Virus record (IMG/VR): IMGVR_UViG_3300027668_000008
Location: 242,715-306,714 of that record
Strand: one strand, 5' to 3'
Length of the DNA stretch: 64,000 nt
The position numbers and the translations under genes were made by a program. This document shows, piece after piece, positions 35,971-45,815 of this stretch; position 1 is the stretch's first letter, and each line of letters starts with the position of its first letter. The notes under the pieces are model-generated. The model searched no databases, had not been told where the DNA came from, and worked only from the letters and a program-made list of their open reading frames with translations.

Positions 35971-36830
35971 GCAGAGGTTATTTTACATTCGCACAGTATA
36001 GTGAAAAGTTTGGGGACTATCCCCGAATGGCATATGCATTAGCATTAAGCCTTAAAGCAAGTCAAACAAAAGGGCCCAGTGACTTAACTGTCGGTATGAC
36101 AGAGGACGATTTGAAAAAGTTACCTAAGCATTATCTCGATGTTTTTAACGTAGAGATTATCCCCTGGACAGACGAAGCAATAATGCACAACTGGAAGTTG
36201 CAAAATGAGTGGAAGGCTTATCATATGACCCCGTATGATGAAACTATTAAACTCGATGCAGATATGCTCTTTACTGTTGACGTGGACTACTATTGGGAAA
36301 TAGCGAAAGCAAGAAACTTTCCGATAGCAGTCTGCGACACTATACATACTTTTAGAGATGTTGTAGGAGATGATTCATATTATAGACAAGGGTTTAAAGA
36401 TAATCAATTCTATAATGCCTACAGTGCTTTAACTTACTTTGCTAAAAGTAACGAAGCATTAACGTTCTTTAATCAAGTAGAAGACATTTATAGACATTGG
36501 GACAAATACGCAAACAACTTTATGCGAATTAATCCCAATGAAGTTGCATACACTGATGAAGTGTATGGCATGGCTATTAGATTACTAGGGTGGCAAGACA
36601 AAGTCAGACCACCAAAGTCATTTAGTTTTGTACATATGAAAAGTAAATGTCAAGGACTATTGGATTATTCAATAAGAGATGAGAACTGGACAGATTATTT
36701 AGACGGACAATATAATGAAGAAGGTATGTGGATTAATAACTATTACCAAACAAAGCCAGTGCATTATGTAATGAAGTCTTGGTGTACAGATGAATTAATT
36801 AAAACACTAGAAAAACAAGCAGGAGTATAA
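35967..36830 (+). CDS. Glycosyltransferase-like protein (GT-A fold), paralogue of the upstream gene
   Basis: TPYDETIKLDADM DxD motif; YSALTYF; TD; FVHMK. Confidence 0.65.
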   Translation: MSRGYFTFAQYSEKFGDYPRMAYALALSLKASQTKGPSDLTVGMTEDDLKKLPKHYLDVFNVEIIPWTDEAIMHNWKLQNEWKAYHMTPYDETIKLDADMLFTVDVDYYWEIAKARNFPIAVCDTIHTFRDVVGDDSYYRQGFKDNQFYNAYSALTYFAKSNEALTFFNQVEDIYRHWDKYANNFMRINPNEVAYTDEVYGMAIRLLGWQDKVRPPKSFSFVHMKSKCQGLLDYSIRDENWTDYLDGQYNEEGMWINNYYQTKPVHYVMKSWCTDELIKTLEKQAGV

Positions 36831-37399
36831 TGTCAGACTTTACAGATTTATCATTTAACCAGTTAATGGAAGAACACTTTGGTGCATTAAAACCGCAACA
36901 GCCTGAGACTAAGTTTTATCTATGGTTTGATTTGTTTGGTAAGATATTAACTATGTCTAATCAAACACAAGAGGAAATGAAGGACGAATCCTTTATTAAC
37001 ATTAGTAAAGAACAGTTTTTAGAGTTGCAAGATGTAAACTTAAATAACTTTATTGTAGATAAAGAAACAGAAACAATAGTCGATATCAGTGCCTCGTTTG
37101 CTAATAATAATTCTAAGTTAAATAAAATCGACCCTACGTTATGGAACAAAGATCGTTTAGTAACACTACAGTTTAATAAAGAAACAAGAACATTAAAAGT
37201 TAAAGTTAATACTATGTTACCTGCTAAAAGAAAATTATGGGTTGTTCCAAAAGGTAATTATATGATTATACTTGCTGAACTTGAATTGCATTCTGCAGTT
37301 GAAGAAGATATACACATTAAAGAATATAAAAACATTGATAGTATTGAGATTGTCACAGAGTCGGACTTGAATATCTTTACTGCTTTTAAGGAACTATAA
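36830..37399 (+). CDS. Hypothetical protein
   Basis: TAATG coupling with the upstream gene; no recognised motif. Confidence 0.6.
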   Translation: MSDFTDLSFNQLMEEHFGALKPQQPETKFYLWFDLFGKILTMSNQTQEEMKDESFINISKEQFLELQDVNLNNFIVDKETETIVDISASFANNNSKLNKIDPTLWNKDRLVTLQFNKETRTLKVKVNTMLPAKRKLWVVPKGNYMIILAELELHSAVEEDIHIKEYKNIDSIEIVTESDLNIFTAFKEL

Positions 37400-37400
37400 T

Positions 37401-38336
37401 ATGAAACAAACTTATCCAATGAGTGACTTCGACGTTGTATACATTAGTTATGACGAACCTAACGCAGAGAAGAACTGGGCAGACTTGTTAAGCAAGTGTC
37501 CATGGGCAAAACGTGTACAAGGTGTTAAAGGCTTTGATGCGGCACATAACGAAGCAGGCAGAATTGCAACCAAACGTCGACTAGTTACAGTAGACGGTGA
37601 CAATATAGTACACGCAGACTTCTTTAAACAAACTATTGAGATTGACGAAGAAGAACAAGCAGACTATATCTTTAGTTGGTGTGGACATAATATTATTAAT
37701 AGTTTAGCATACGGTAACGGCGGACTTAAACTATGGCCCAAGCACATTATTGAAAACATGAACAGTCATGAGAATGATGCAAGTGAAGACGGTGCTCATA
37801 GTGTAGACTTTTGTTGGATGCTAACGTATTACCAGATGGCAGATACATTTAGTGATGTATGTATTAACGCAACGCCTGAACAAGCATACAGAGGCGGCTT
37901 TAGAGAAGGTGTCAAGATGAGTTTAGATAAAGGTATACTTCCTCCACGTAACAAATTCCTAACACAAAATCATATAAAGAACTTACAACGTTTAAGTGTT
38001 TGGTGTAGTGTTGGTGCTGATGTGGACAACGGTGATTGGGCCTTACTAGGGGCCAGAGAAGCCGTATGCTTAACGAACTTAGATGATTGGGATCATACTC
38101 ACATCGCGGACTATGAATATATGCAACCGTTTGTTAAAGATAAATTAATTGCATATGCTGATACAGATAAACGTCAACAAGCATTTAAACACTTTGGTGA
38201 CAGATTAAGAAATGAACTACACTTTAGAGTTGCTGACTTGGATGCAGATGCAAGTATATGGTTTAAAAGTGTTTATCAAAACCCAAAACGTTTTGGCGTA
38301 ATGATAACAGAACAAGAAGCAGATAAAAAGAAATGA
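37401..38336 (+). CDS. Glycosyltransferase-like protein (GT-A fold)
   Basis: DVVYISYDEPNA, GVKGFDAAH, VDGDN (DxD), YGNGGLKL, GFREG.K; paralogue of 55208. Confidence 0.6.
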   Translation: MKQTYPMSDFDVVYISYDEPNAEKNWADLLSKCPWAKRVQGVKGFDAAHNEAGRIATKRRLVTVDGDNIVHADFFKQTIEIDEEEQADYIFSWCGHNIINSLAYGNGGLKLWPKHIIENMNSHENDASEDGAHSVDFCWMLTYYQMADTFSDVCINATPEQAYRGGFREGVKMSLDKGILPPRNKFLTQNHIKNLQRLSVWCSVGADVDNGDWALLGAREAVCLTNLDDWDHTHIADYEYMQPFVKDKLIAYADTDKRQQAFKHFGDRLRNELHFRVADLDADASIWFKSVYQNPKRFGVMITEQEADKKK

Positions 38337-38788
38337 TTCGTATAGCACACAGAGGTAACACAACAGGTCCTAATCCGTTAATGGAAAACAAACCTGAGTA
38401 CTTGCTACAAGCAGTTAACGATGGGTACGACTGTGAAGTTGATGTATGGCTTATAGATAATGAGATTTGGTTAGGGCATGACAGACCGGATTACAAAGTT
38501 GACAAAGAGTTTATCAGCAATCCAAGATTTTGGAATCATGCAAAGAATTTAAATGCATTACACTATATGTTAGAAAACAACATACATTGTTTTTGGCACG
38601 AGGGCGATGAGAGAACTCTAACTAGTAAAGGATACATATGGACGTACCCTTATAAAGAAGTAACTGAGAAAAGTATTATTTGTTTACAGCACGAGTTAGA
38701 TGTTGCTCCACAAGGGTGTTTAGGTATATGCTCCGATTGGCCTAACGATCAAAATGACGTTCACAACATCGAAGGATACCCTGTATGA
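38333..38788 (+). CDS. Short glycerophosphodiester phosphodiesterase (PLC-like) family protein
   Basis: IAHRGN, EN, EVDVW, LGHD and ICSD motifs. Confidence 0.75.
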   Translation: MIRIAHRGNTTGPNPLMENKPEYLLQAVNDGYDCEVDVWLIDNEIWLGHDRPDYKVDKEFISNPRFWNHAKNLNALHYMLENNIHCFWHEGDERTLTSKGYIWTYPYKEVTEKSIICLQHELDVAPQGCLGICSDWPNDQNDVHNIEGYPV

Positions 38789-39033
38789 AAATAAGATACT
38801 ACAAAGATATAGATGGTTTCAGATGGATAGGGTTTCTACTTGCAATGGCAAGTGCGTTTATACTATCCGGAGGTGATGCACATTTACAATGGGCTGGCTG
38901 GGGAATTGCTTTAGTTAGTTGTAGTATATGGGTATACATTGGATACCAGGATAGAGACACACCGAGAACATTAATGGAACTCATGTATTTAATATTAGCA
39001 ATACGTGGAGTTTGGAATTGGATTGGAGTATAA
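38785..39033 (+). CDS. Small three-helix membrane protein
   Basis: Three hydrophobic segments; ATGA coupling. Confidence 0.6.
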   Translation: MKIRYYKDIDGFRWIGFLLAMASAFILSGGDAHLQWAGWGIALVSCSIWVYIGYQDRDTPRTLMELMYLILAIRGVWNWIGV

Positions 39034-39034
39034 A

Positions 39035-39772
39035 ATGAAAATAGCAATCTGCCTAAGCGGACAATTAAGATCAAGTTGGAGAAAATGTATTCCAACATTT
39101 AAAGATATATTTAAAGAACATGAGGTACATTATTTTGGACACACATGGAAAACTAGAAGTGCTCCTAATTTTGTTAAAGTAACAAAAGGGATTAGTGACG
39201 TCGAAGAAGTTACAAACAATGAAGTACAAGAACTTCGTAGAGAACTTCCTGGTATTAATTTACTTGTACAAAAAGATATCGAATTTGAAGCAGGGCTTGA
39301 CCAAGCATTACATGATGTAAATTACCAAAGTCAATTCTATGGTGTAAAGGTAGCGGCACACTTAAAAAAGAGATACGAAATAGAAAACAATAGTAACTTT
39401 GATTTAGTTGTTAGATTACGTTGGGACACCATGTTTGATGAAGATTGGCAAGTACCTGAACCTAAGAAAGATACACTACAAGTTATACACTTAGGTTTCG
39501 AACAAGGTAATCACAGAAGTCGTTGTGGAGACTTATACTGGCAAGGACCAACAGATGTATATGATATTGCTTGTGATTTTTACAGTCACTTTCACAGACA
39601 TCCTAAAGAGTTTTTTGAAATGCCAGAGATGTTACACTACGGACCTGAACACGTTTTTATGTATTACTTAAAAGAATGTAACTTAAACTTGGAACAAATA
39701 TTTCCACCAATTAAGTTAGTTAGACCTAAACAAGAGCATATGACAGGCGGAGGCGATTATGAAACACTTTAA
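39035..39772 (+). CDS. Putative glycosyltransferase-like protein (KIAICLSGQ.R family)
   Basis: MKIAICLSGQLR, F.HTW, FDLVVRLRWD; start corrected to ATG 39035. Confidence 0.55.
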   Translation: MKIAICLSGQLRSSWRKCIPTFKDIFKEHEVHYFGHTWKTRSAPNFVKVTKGISDVEEVTNNEVQELRRELPGINLLVQKDIEFEAGLDQALHDVNYQSQFYGVKVAAHLKKRYEIENNSNFDLVVRLRWDTMFDEDWQVPEPKKDTLQVIHLGFEQGNHRSRCGDLYWQGPTDVYDIACDFYSHFHRHPKEFFEMPEMLHYGPEHVFMYYLKECNLNLEQIFPPIKLVRPKQEHMTGGGDYETL

Positions 39773-40523
39773 TACAGATACCGAACGTACTGCAATATGT
39801 TTTAGTGGCGAACTTAGAACTTTTAAAGTTGCGATGCCACGTATACTTGATTACTTTAGAGATACACCTGCAGACATTTATTGCCACACATGGACAACTT
39901 CCGGTGATAAACTTCATAAGAAACAAGACTTTGATTTACTAGAGGAAATGATTGATAACAGTGTACATAACTTTGTTGATATGGAATATCAAACATCTAT
40001 TAATCATGCAGGACCGTTTGGCAATATGCTTTACAGCATACAAAAGGCTAATTTTAATAAGTGTAAAACAGAAGTACGCAATAACTTTAGATACGACAAA
40101 GTAATTAAATGTAGGTACGATATGCTAGTGCCAAGTGGAAAAACATTCGGCAATAGACAAATAGAAGATAGAAGTATATACTACAGTATTGGCAACAGAG
40201 GATTAGTACCTAACGACTTTGGCAAGCATGGATTAAGTGATATTATATTCTGGGGCGACAGTCCTAGTATGGATATTGCTTGTGATACATATCGTTATTA
40301 TAATTGGGAAACATTCCCTCTAGCACTTAAACTGCAAAGTGGTTACACAATAGATCCAGGTGATAGTATGTTAAGTCCGGGTACATTAATATACCAACAA
40401 GCATTGAAACGAAATATTAAAATGGTACAAATTGTTCCACAGTTAATGGAAACACTTTGGAGAACCAATGTAGAAGATTTAGATCCAGATATACAATTTA
40501 ATGAAATAAAGGCGGCTTATTAA
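39759..40523 (+). CDS. Putative glycosyltransferase-like protein, paralogue of the upstream gene
   Basis: TAICFSGELR, YCHTW, YDKVIKCRYD, DIIFWG. Confidence 0.55.
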   Translation: MKHFNTDTERTAICFSGELRTFKVAMPRILDYFRDTPADIYCHTWTTSGDKLHKKQDFDLLEEMIDNSVHNFVDMEYQTSINHAGPFGNMLYSIQKANFNKCKTEVRNNFRYDKVIKCRYDMLVPSGKTFGNRQIEDRSIYYSIGNRGLVPNDFGKHGLSDIIFWGDSPSMDIACDTYRYYNWETFPLALKLQSGYTIDPGDSMLSPGTLIYQQALKRNIKMVQIVPQLMETLWRTNVEDLDPDIQFNEIKAAY

Positions 40524-41395
40524 TGCACCTATTAACAACAGGAGACAGTTGGACATTCGGAAGTGAGATACGTGACCCTGCTTTACCAGACACCGTAAGT
40601 GATTGGGATCCAGAGAATAATGAATACCGTATTCCTAAAATATGGCCTACTATGTTAAAAGATATGATTAAGGCAGATGACCTTACTAACATATCTTATC
40701 CAGCGGCAAGTAATGACAGGATCGTAAGAACAACAATGAGTTGGATTACTGAAAACTATATTAAGCCAGGATTAAAACCGGAAGGTGAACTATTTGTTGT
40801 AGTAGGATTAACAAGTCCTGAACGTAAAGACTTTTATTACAAAGATCCAGTAGATGAACATAACGGGTCTGGTTGGACTACTATATGGCCCAATCAAACT
40901 AACCACCCATATATGCAAAGAGGTATGCAACCTTTCTTTGATAACTACCGGATGTATTTGTGGAACGAAGAAGAATACATTAATCGTTATGTACAGCAAG
41001 TACTACAACTAGAAAACTTTTTTAAAGTACACAACATTGACTATATGTTCTTTCAAGCATTTTATAATGTAGACGACACGCAAATATCACAATGGGAAGA
41101 TAAAAACTACGTTAATAGTGAAACAGAAAAGATGACTGTTGGTAATGCTGACCCTCGTTGGAACTTTCATTACAACGGACAAAATGATGGCTGGTTGTGG
41201 GAACAAGTAGACAGTAAGAGATTCTACGGAAAAGATACTGCTCCGCATAGTTTCCATAGTTACATCACTGCACAGGATGTAACAGAATATAATACAAAAG
41301 TTATAACTGGTATGCACCCCAATCAGTATGGGCATATGTTATGGGCTAGAGAACTTAATAGATTCATAAGAGAGAATAAAGTATGCGAAATTTAA
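40523..41395 (+). CDS. SGNH/GDSL-fold protein
   Basis: GDSWTFG block I, ASNDRI, HPNQYGH block V. Confidence 0.7.
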   Translation: MHLLTTGDSWTFGSEIRDPALPDTVSDWDPENNEYRIPKIWPTMLKDMIKADDLTNISYPAASNDRIVRTTMSWITENYIKPGLKPEGELFVVVGLTSPERKDFYYKDPVDEHNGSGWTTIWPNQTNHPYMQRGMQPFFDNYRMYLWNEEEYINRYVQQVLQLENFFKVHNIDYMFFQAFYNVDDTQISQWEDKNYVNSETEKMTVGNADPRWNFHYNGQNDGWLWEQVDSKRFYGKDTAPHSFHSYITAQDVTEYNTKVITGMHPNQYGHMLWARELNRFIRENKVCEI

Positions 41396-42171
41396 TTATA
41401 ACTTGTGGAGATAGTTTTAGTAACGGCAGTGGGTTACCTGACCATGATTCATTTGAGAAGAGTTTCGGTGGACTAACTGCTGAGTATAAAAATGTAGAGC
41501 AAAAGGTATTAGGCAGAAGTGGTTGTTGTAACTTTACTATTTGGTTACAAGTTAAACACGCAGTTGAGCGAATGACTGTGGGCAACAACAAACCTTTTGT
41601 TATTATTAGCATGACTAATGCGGCTAGGACAATTTGGTTTAAGCCTGGGCAACAAAAGCCTATGGGAACAGAACCAACAATACAACATTTAAATTATGAA
41701 GACTATCCGCCATACGACAGGTACACACCTGCAGAATATAGAAGACCTATTCCTGTTACAACTGATAATAGTATGCAAAGTGAAACACTACAAAACTTAG
41801 ATAGTTTTTTTGATAGAGATGTTAAGGCAAAATGGGCACAATTTGAAAGACATGAACCAGATGCACGTCTAAGAGTATTAAGGGATTGGGTAGCAGACTT
41901 TTTTAGTTTTGATGTTAAGAATGAATACGACATTGGTATACTTGCACAAGCACATTTGTTAATGCGTACTAACGGCATACCACACGTTTTTATGGGACAC
42001 CAACCAGACTTCGAAAGACTTGTACCTGAAGAGAATTATGCAAACGTTGACTGGGGATATTTTAGTCAAACATACCCTGACACAAGAAACACAGGACATT
42101 GCGATTACGAAGGACATAGACAAGTATTTGAAATAATAAAACCCAAAGTAGACTTTCAATGGCATCGCTAG
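41383..42171 (+). CDS. SGNH/GDSL-fold protein
   Basis: GDSFSNG, GCCN, GHCDYEGH. Confidence 0.65.
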   Translation: MRNLIITCGDSFSNGSGLPDHDSFEKSFGGLTAEYKNVEQKVLGRSGCCNFTIWLQVKHAVERMTVGNNKPFVIISMTNAARTIWFKPGQQKPMGTEPTIQHLNYEDYPPYDRYTPAEYRRPIPVTTDNSMQSETLQNLDSFFDRDVKAKWAQFERHEPDARLRVLRDWVADFFSFDVKNEYDIGILAQAHLLMRTNGIPHVFMGHQPDFERLVPEENYANVDWGYFSQTYPDTRNTGHCDYEGHRQVFEIIKPKVDFQWHR

Positions 42172-42920
42172 TATATAATAAAAATAATCCACAACTGCTA
42201 GAAGACGAAGACGCAGGACAAACTGTTAAGTATCACAGTAGTGATAGTGAGGAATTATATAACAAAAGTGTTGCAGACAATTGGCGTTGGAAAGATGTAA
42301 ACATTGATTACACATTTAATAGTCTTGGTTACAGAACAAAAGAACTTGCAGAATTAGACAAAGACTTTTTACTAACCTTTGGTTGTAGTTACACTGAAGG
42401 TATTGGATTACCTAACAAAAGTATATGGCCCACCAGGCTTGCAAAAGAATTAAATTTAGATTTATACAATGCCGGTAAAGCCGGAAGTGGATTAGACATT
42501 TGTTATTATAATGCATTACTATGGAAGCAACACAAGTTACCATTACCAACACAGGTTGTATTACAGTTACCCGAGCCAACAAGAAAGAGTTGGGGTACTA
42601 CTGAAGACAATGGCATTAGATTAGATGTTAGCAACGGCAGACAAGATGATTGGTGGAAACTTTATCTAACATCAAACGGAGAAATGAATATTAATAATAT
42701 AGCATGGTACCTAGGCTTTAACAATATATGGCAAGCACTAGGTGTTCCTGTTTTAAATATCACTTGGTCACCTTTTCCACATTTAGAGAACTTAGAGTTT
42801 CCATTGCACTATGCCAATATTAAAAGTGATGACTCATTACTGGCTAGAGATAATATGCACAGTGGACCAGAGTGGCATATAAATATTACCAAACGATGCA
42901 AGGAACTATTATGTCAATAA
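42159..42920 (+). CDS. SGNH/GDSL-fold protein
   Basis: FNSLGYR, FGCSYTEG, NAGKAGSG, ARDNMHSG. Confidence 0.7.
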   Translation: MASLVYNKNNPQLLEDEDAGQTVKYHSSDSEELYNKSVADNWRWKDVNIDYTFNSLGYRTKELAELDKDFLLTFGCSYTEGIGLPNKSIWPTRLAKELNLDLYNAGKAGSGLDICYYNALLWKQHKLPLPTQVVLQLPEPTRKSWGTTEDNGIRLDVSNGRQDDWWKLYLTSNGEMNINNIAWYLGFNNIWQALGVPVLNITWSPFPHLENLEFPLHYANIKSDDSLLARDNMHSGPEWHINITKRCKELLCQ

Positions 42921-43666
42921 AAACATTATATGCCAACGGAGATAGTTGGACATTTGGACAAGAACTTAAAGATGACATAGCAGATCATTTAGATTACAAG
43001 TTTTATAATACTTGGCCCTGGCACGTTGCACAAGAATTAAACATACCTCAGGTTGTAAATGAAGGACTAGGTGGCGGAAGTAATGACAGAATATTCCGTA
43101 AAACAATAGATTTTGTTAGAAACTATACAGGTAATCCAAAAGAACTATTAGTTATAGTTGCTTGGACAACATATGAACGTGTTGAAATTCCTATTAATGT
43201 TAAACGTAAACACGACAATGGTTATACACAATGGGAAGACGATAGCAACGAGTATGTTAGTGTACTACTGAATAGTCCTATTACAACTAAAACCGGCAAC
43301 AACGACACTGACAGGTTGTTACAAGATTATCATAAGAATCTTACAGTGCTGAATTCAAGTAAGGTAAATAGTATTAAGTTCTTTAACTTACAATGGTTGT
43401 TAAAACAAGTTTGCGAAAACTTAGGTGTTCATTTACAACAAGTATATGCACTAGACAATCCTGAATTTGTAGTAGGTAGTCCCGAAGCAAATAACAAATG
43501 GTTGGATGCAATATCCCCATACCCAGTTAGTTTCAACAGACAACTGATGCAATATGAACATCTTAAGGATGTAAGAGCTCCTGGCAGACACCCCAATGAA
43601 CTAGGACACAAAGAACTTGCAAACACCCTTGTTGCATATTTGCAACATCACATAAACATAAATTAA
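42911..43666 (+). CDS. SGNH/GDSL-fold protein
   Basis: NGDSWTFG, GGSNDRI, HPNELGH; start corrected to ATG 42911. Confidence 0.7.
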   Translation: MSIKTLYANGDSWTFGQELKDDIADHLDYKFYNTWPWHVAQELNIPQVVNEGLGGGSNDRIFRKTIDFVRNYTGNPKELLVIVAWTTYERVEIPINVKRKHDNGYTQWEDDSNEYVSVLLNSPITTKTGNNDTDRLLQDYHKNLTVLNSSKVNSIKFFNLQWLLKQVCENLGVHLQQVYALDNPEFVVGSPEANNKWLDAISPYPVSFNRQLMQYEHLKDVRAPGRHPNELGHKELANTLVAYLQHHININ

Positions 43667-43679
43667 CGGAATTCATAAC

Positions 43680-43802
43680 ATGAAACTTTTAAAGAAAATT
43701 AAACGATGGTTTAATGACATAGTGTATCGAATTAAACTTGAACGTGCTTATCGTAAAAAACTAAAAGAAATAAAGAAAAAAGATCCATACATATACAAGT
43801 AG
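43680..43802 (+). CDS. 40-aa basic micro-protein ending DPYIYK (not in ORF track)
   Basis: MKLLKKIKRWFNDIVYRIKLERAYRKKLKEIKKKDPYIYK fills the gap between two coupled genes. Confidence 0.65.
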   Translation: MKLLKKIKRWFNDIVYRIKLERAYRKKLKEIKKKDPYIYK

Positions 43803-43809
43803 GAAATCA

Positions 43810-44532
43810 ATGAACATTATAATCGGAATGGCAGGCGCAGGTAGTAGATTTACTAAAGCCGGTTACTCAGTACCAAAGCCGTTAGTTAGAGTTGGTAGTA
43901 CTACAATGATACAAAGCTCAGTAGAGAGTTTAGGTATCGATGGTAACTATACCTTTGTAGTTCAAGAAGAACACATGAACGATTATCCTTGGCTCGAAGC
44001 ACATTTAAAAAGTTTAGCAAACACTGTTAACATAGTTACACTAGACCATGTTACAGAAGGAGCCGCTTGTAGTTTACTACACGCAAAAGAATTTATAGAC
44101 AATGACGAACCTTTAATTAGTATCAATAGTGATCAAGTAACACATTGGGACAGTTCATTGTTCTTAGAAAAATGTCGACTCGAGCCCCACGTGAGCTGGG
44201 TAATGACCTACCCACATGACCATATCAAACATAGTTTTGTTAAAGTCAATGACGAAGGGCACATAATAAAAGCCGCAGAGAAAGTTGCAATTAGTAACGA
44301 AGCAACTGTTGGCTTATATCATTGGAGTAAAGGAAGTTTATTTGTTCAAGGTGCGGAACAAATGATAGAAAACAATGAGAGACATAATAACGAATTTTAC
44401 ATAGCACCAATATACAATTATACTTGTAAAGACAATGTGGTTAAACCATATAAAGTATCAGCAGAAAACTTTAGCCCTGTCGGCACTCCAGAAGACTTGA
44501 CTGCCTATCATAACAAGTGGTGGAAGAAATGA
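43810..44532 (+). CDS. Sugar-phosphate nucleotidyltransferase
   Basis: MAGAGSRF...PKPL, TEGAA, NSDQ, AEK, EFYIAP, GTPEDL. Confidence 0.85.
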   Translation: MNIIIGMAGAGSRFTKAGYSVPKPLVRVGSTTMIQSSVESLGIDGNYTFVVQEEHMNDYPWLEAHLKSLANTVNIVTLDHVTEGAACSLLHAKEFIDNDEPLISINSDQVTHWDSSLFLEKCRLEPHVSWVMTYPHDHIKHSFVKVNDEGHIIKAAEKVAISNEATVGLYHWSKGSLFVQGAEQMIENNERHNNEFYIAPIYNYTCKDNVVKPYKVSAENFSPVGTPEDLTAYHNKWWKK

Positions 44533-45224
44533 TTAATTGTTTATATGCAAATGGCGACAGTTGGACTGAAGGAGACGAACTAGGTTTACCTTATAGTGAT
44601 AACACACCTACATACAGATTACAAAACAGTTGGCCCAAGTTACTTGCAGATAAGTTACAAGTACCAGCAGTTGTAAATGAAGCAATCCGTGGAACAAGCG
44701 GAAGTAGAATAGCAAGACGCACTACACGTTTTATGCGTGAGTGGTGTAACAAGCACCCAGGTGCTGAATTACTTGTAGTTGTTTGTTGGACTACATTTGA
44801 ACGTGACGAACTACCGATTGATTGGCAAGGCGCAAAGTACATTCCCTATCATAACGTATGTTATAACATACCAGGTCATATACCAGGTAAGGACGAATTA
44901 AATGTTGATCCATTGTTAGTTGATACAATTAATAAAATGCATAAGCAGTATACAACAACACTAGGAAGCGAAAGTAGAAAGCAAATGCAATTCGAACGTA
45001 TGTGGAACTTGCAACAAATTGCAAAAAGTTTAAACGTAAAGTTAGTACAAACGTTTGCATTAGACGAACCTGGTGAAGATTGGAATAAAGATGTTAATTA
45101 CATTACACCAAGTTTCATTGATATGACCAAGAGTCAAGGTTGGACTTGTGGCACAGGTGGACATACATTAGAGGAAGGACATAAAGGATGGGCAAACTAT
45201 CTGTATCAAACGATAAATGGTTAG
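44529..45224 (+). CDS. SGNH/GDSL-fold protein
   Basis: NGDSWTEG and GHTLEEGH; start corrected to ATG 44529. Confidence 0.65.
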   Translation: MINCLYANGDSWTEGDELGLPYSDNTPTYRLQNSWPKLLADKLQVPAVVNEAIRGTSGSRIARRTTRFMREWCNKHPGAELLVVVCWTTFERDELPIDWQGAKYIPYHNVCYNIPGHIPGKDELNVDPLLVDTINKMHKQYTTTLGSESRKQMQFERMWNLQQIAKSLNVKLVQTFALDEPGEDWNKDVNYITPSFIDMTKSQGWTCGTGGHTLEEGHKGWANYLYQTING

Positions 45225-45472
45225 GGTGGGATTACCCAATCGCACTTGTTGCCTGTAATGGTAGAACTATATTACAGAGAACACTTGAAGTGGGAAACTT
45301 CGATACTGTAATATTAGATAACGAATTAGTACTTGATTATCCTGAACTAACCGATATGTGTAAAGTTTACGTTAATGAAGTTAAGTTTATGGATGTACAC
45401 GATCCCGATATGCTTATAGTTAATACACCAAAAGAGTTATATGAATATAACTTGTTAGAGGAACATAAATGA
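45188..45472 (+). CDS. Hypothetical protein resembling a miniaturised nucleotidyltransferase
   Basis: PIALVACNGRTILQRTLE and VNTPKEL resemble the two ends of NTP-transferases. Confidence 0.4.
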   Translation: MGKLSVSNDKWLGWDYPIALVACNGRTILQRTLEVGNFDTVILDNELVLDYPELTDMCKVYVNEVKFMDVHDPDMLIVNTPKELYEYNLLEEHK

Positions 45473-45798
45473 AGAAATTTAAACTAGATGATATGAAAGG
45501 TGGCTGGTTCGTAGGAGACTTTGAACCCACTGCTTTTAAGGCAAACTTTGAAGTAGGTATCCATCGCCATAAGAAAGGTGAGTTCCATCAGGATCACTTT
45601 CATAAAAAAGGTACAGAAATTAACTGTATGAGAAAAGGTAAAGTAAAAATTAACGGAGAAGTATTCAGCGAAGGGGATATTTTTATTCTGTATCCTTACG
45701 AAGTTAGTCAAGTGGAATACTTAACAGACGTGGAATTAACAGTAGTTAGAGATATTTGTGACACAGATGACAAATATATGTTTGACATTAAACAATAA
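45469..45798 (+). CDS. Cupin-fold protein
   Basis: GWFVGDFEP, HFHKKGTEIN, GDIFILYP. Confidence 0.7.
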   Translation: MKKFKLDDMKGGWFVGDFEPTAFKANFEVGIHRHKKGEFHQDHFHKKGTEINCMRKGKVKINGEVFSEGDIFILYPYEVSQVEYLTDVELTVVRDICDTDDKYMFDIKQ

Positions 45799-45815
45799 AG
45801 AAGGTACAATACATT

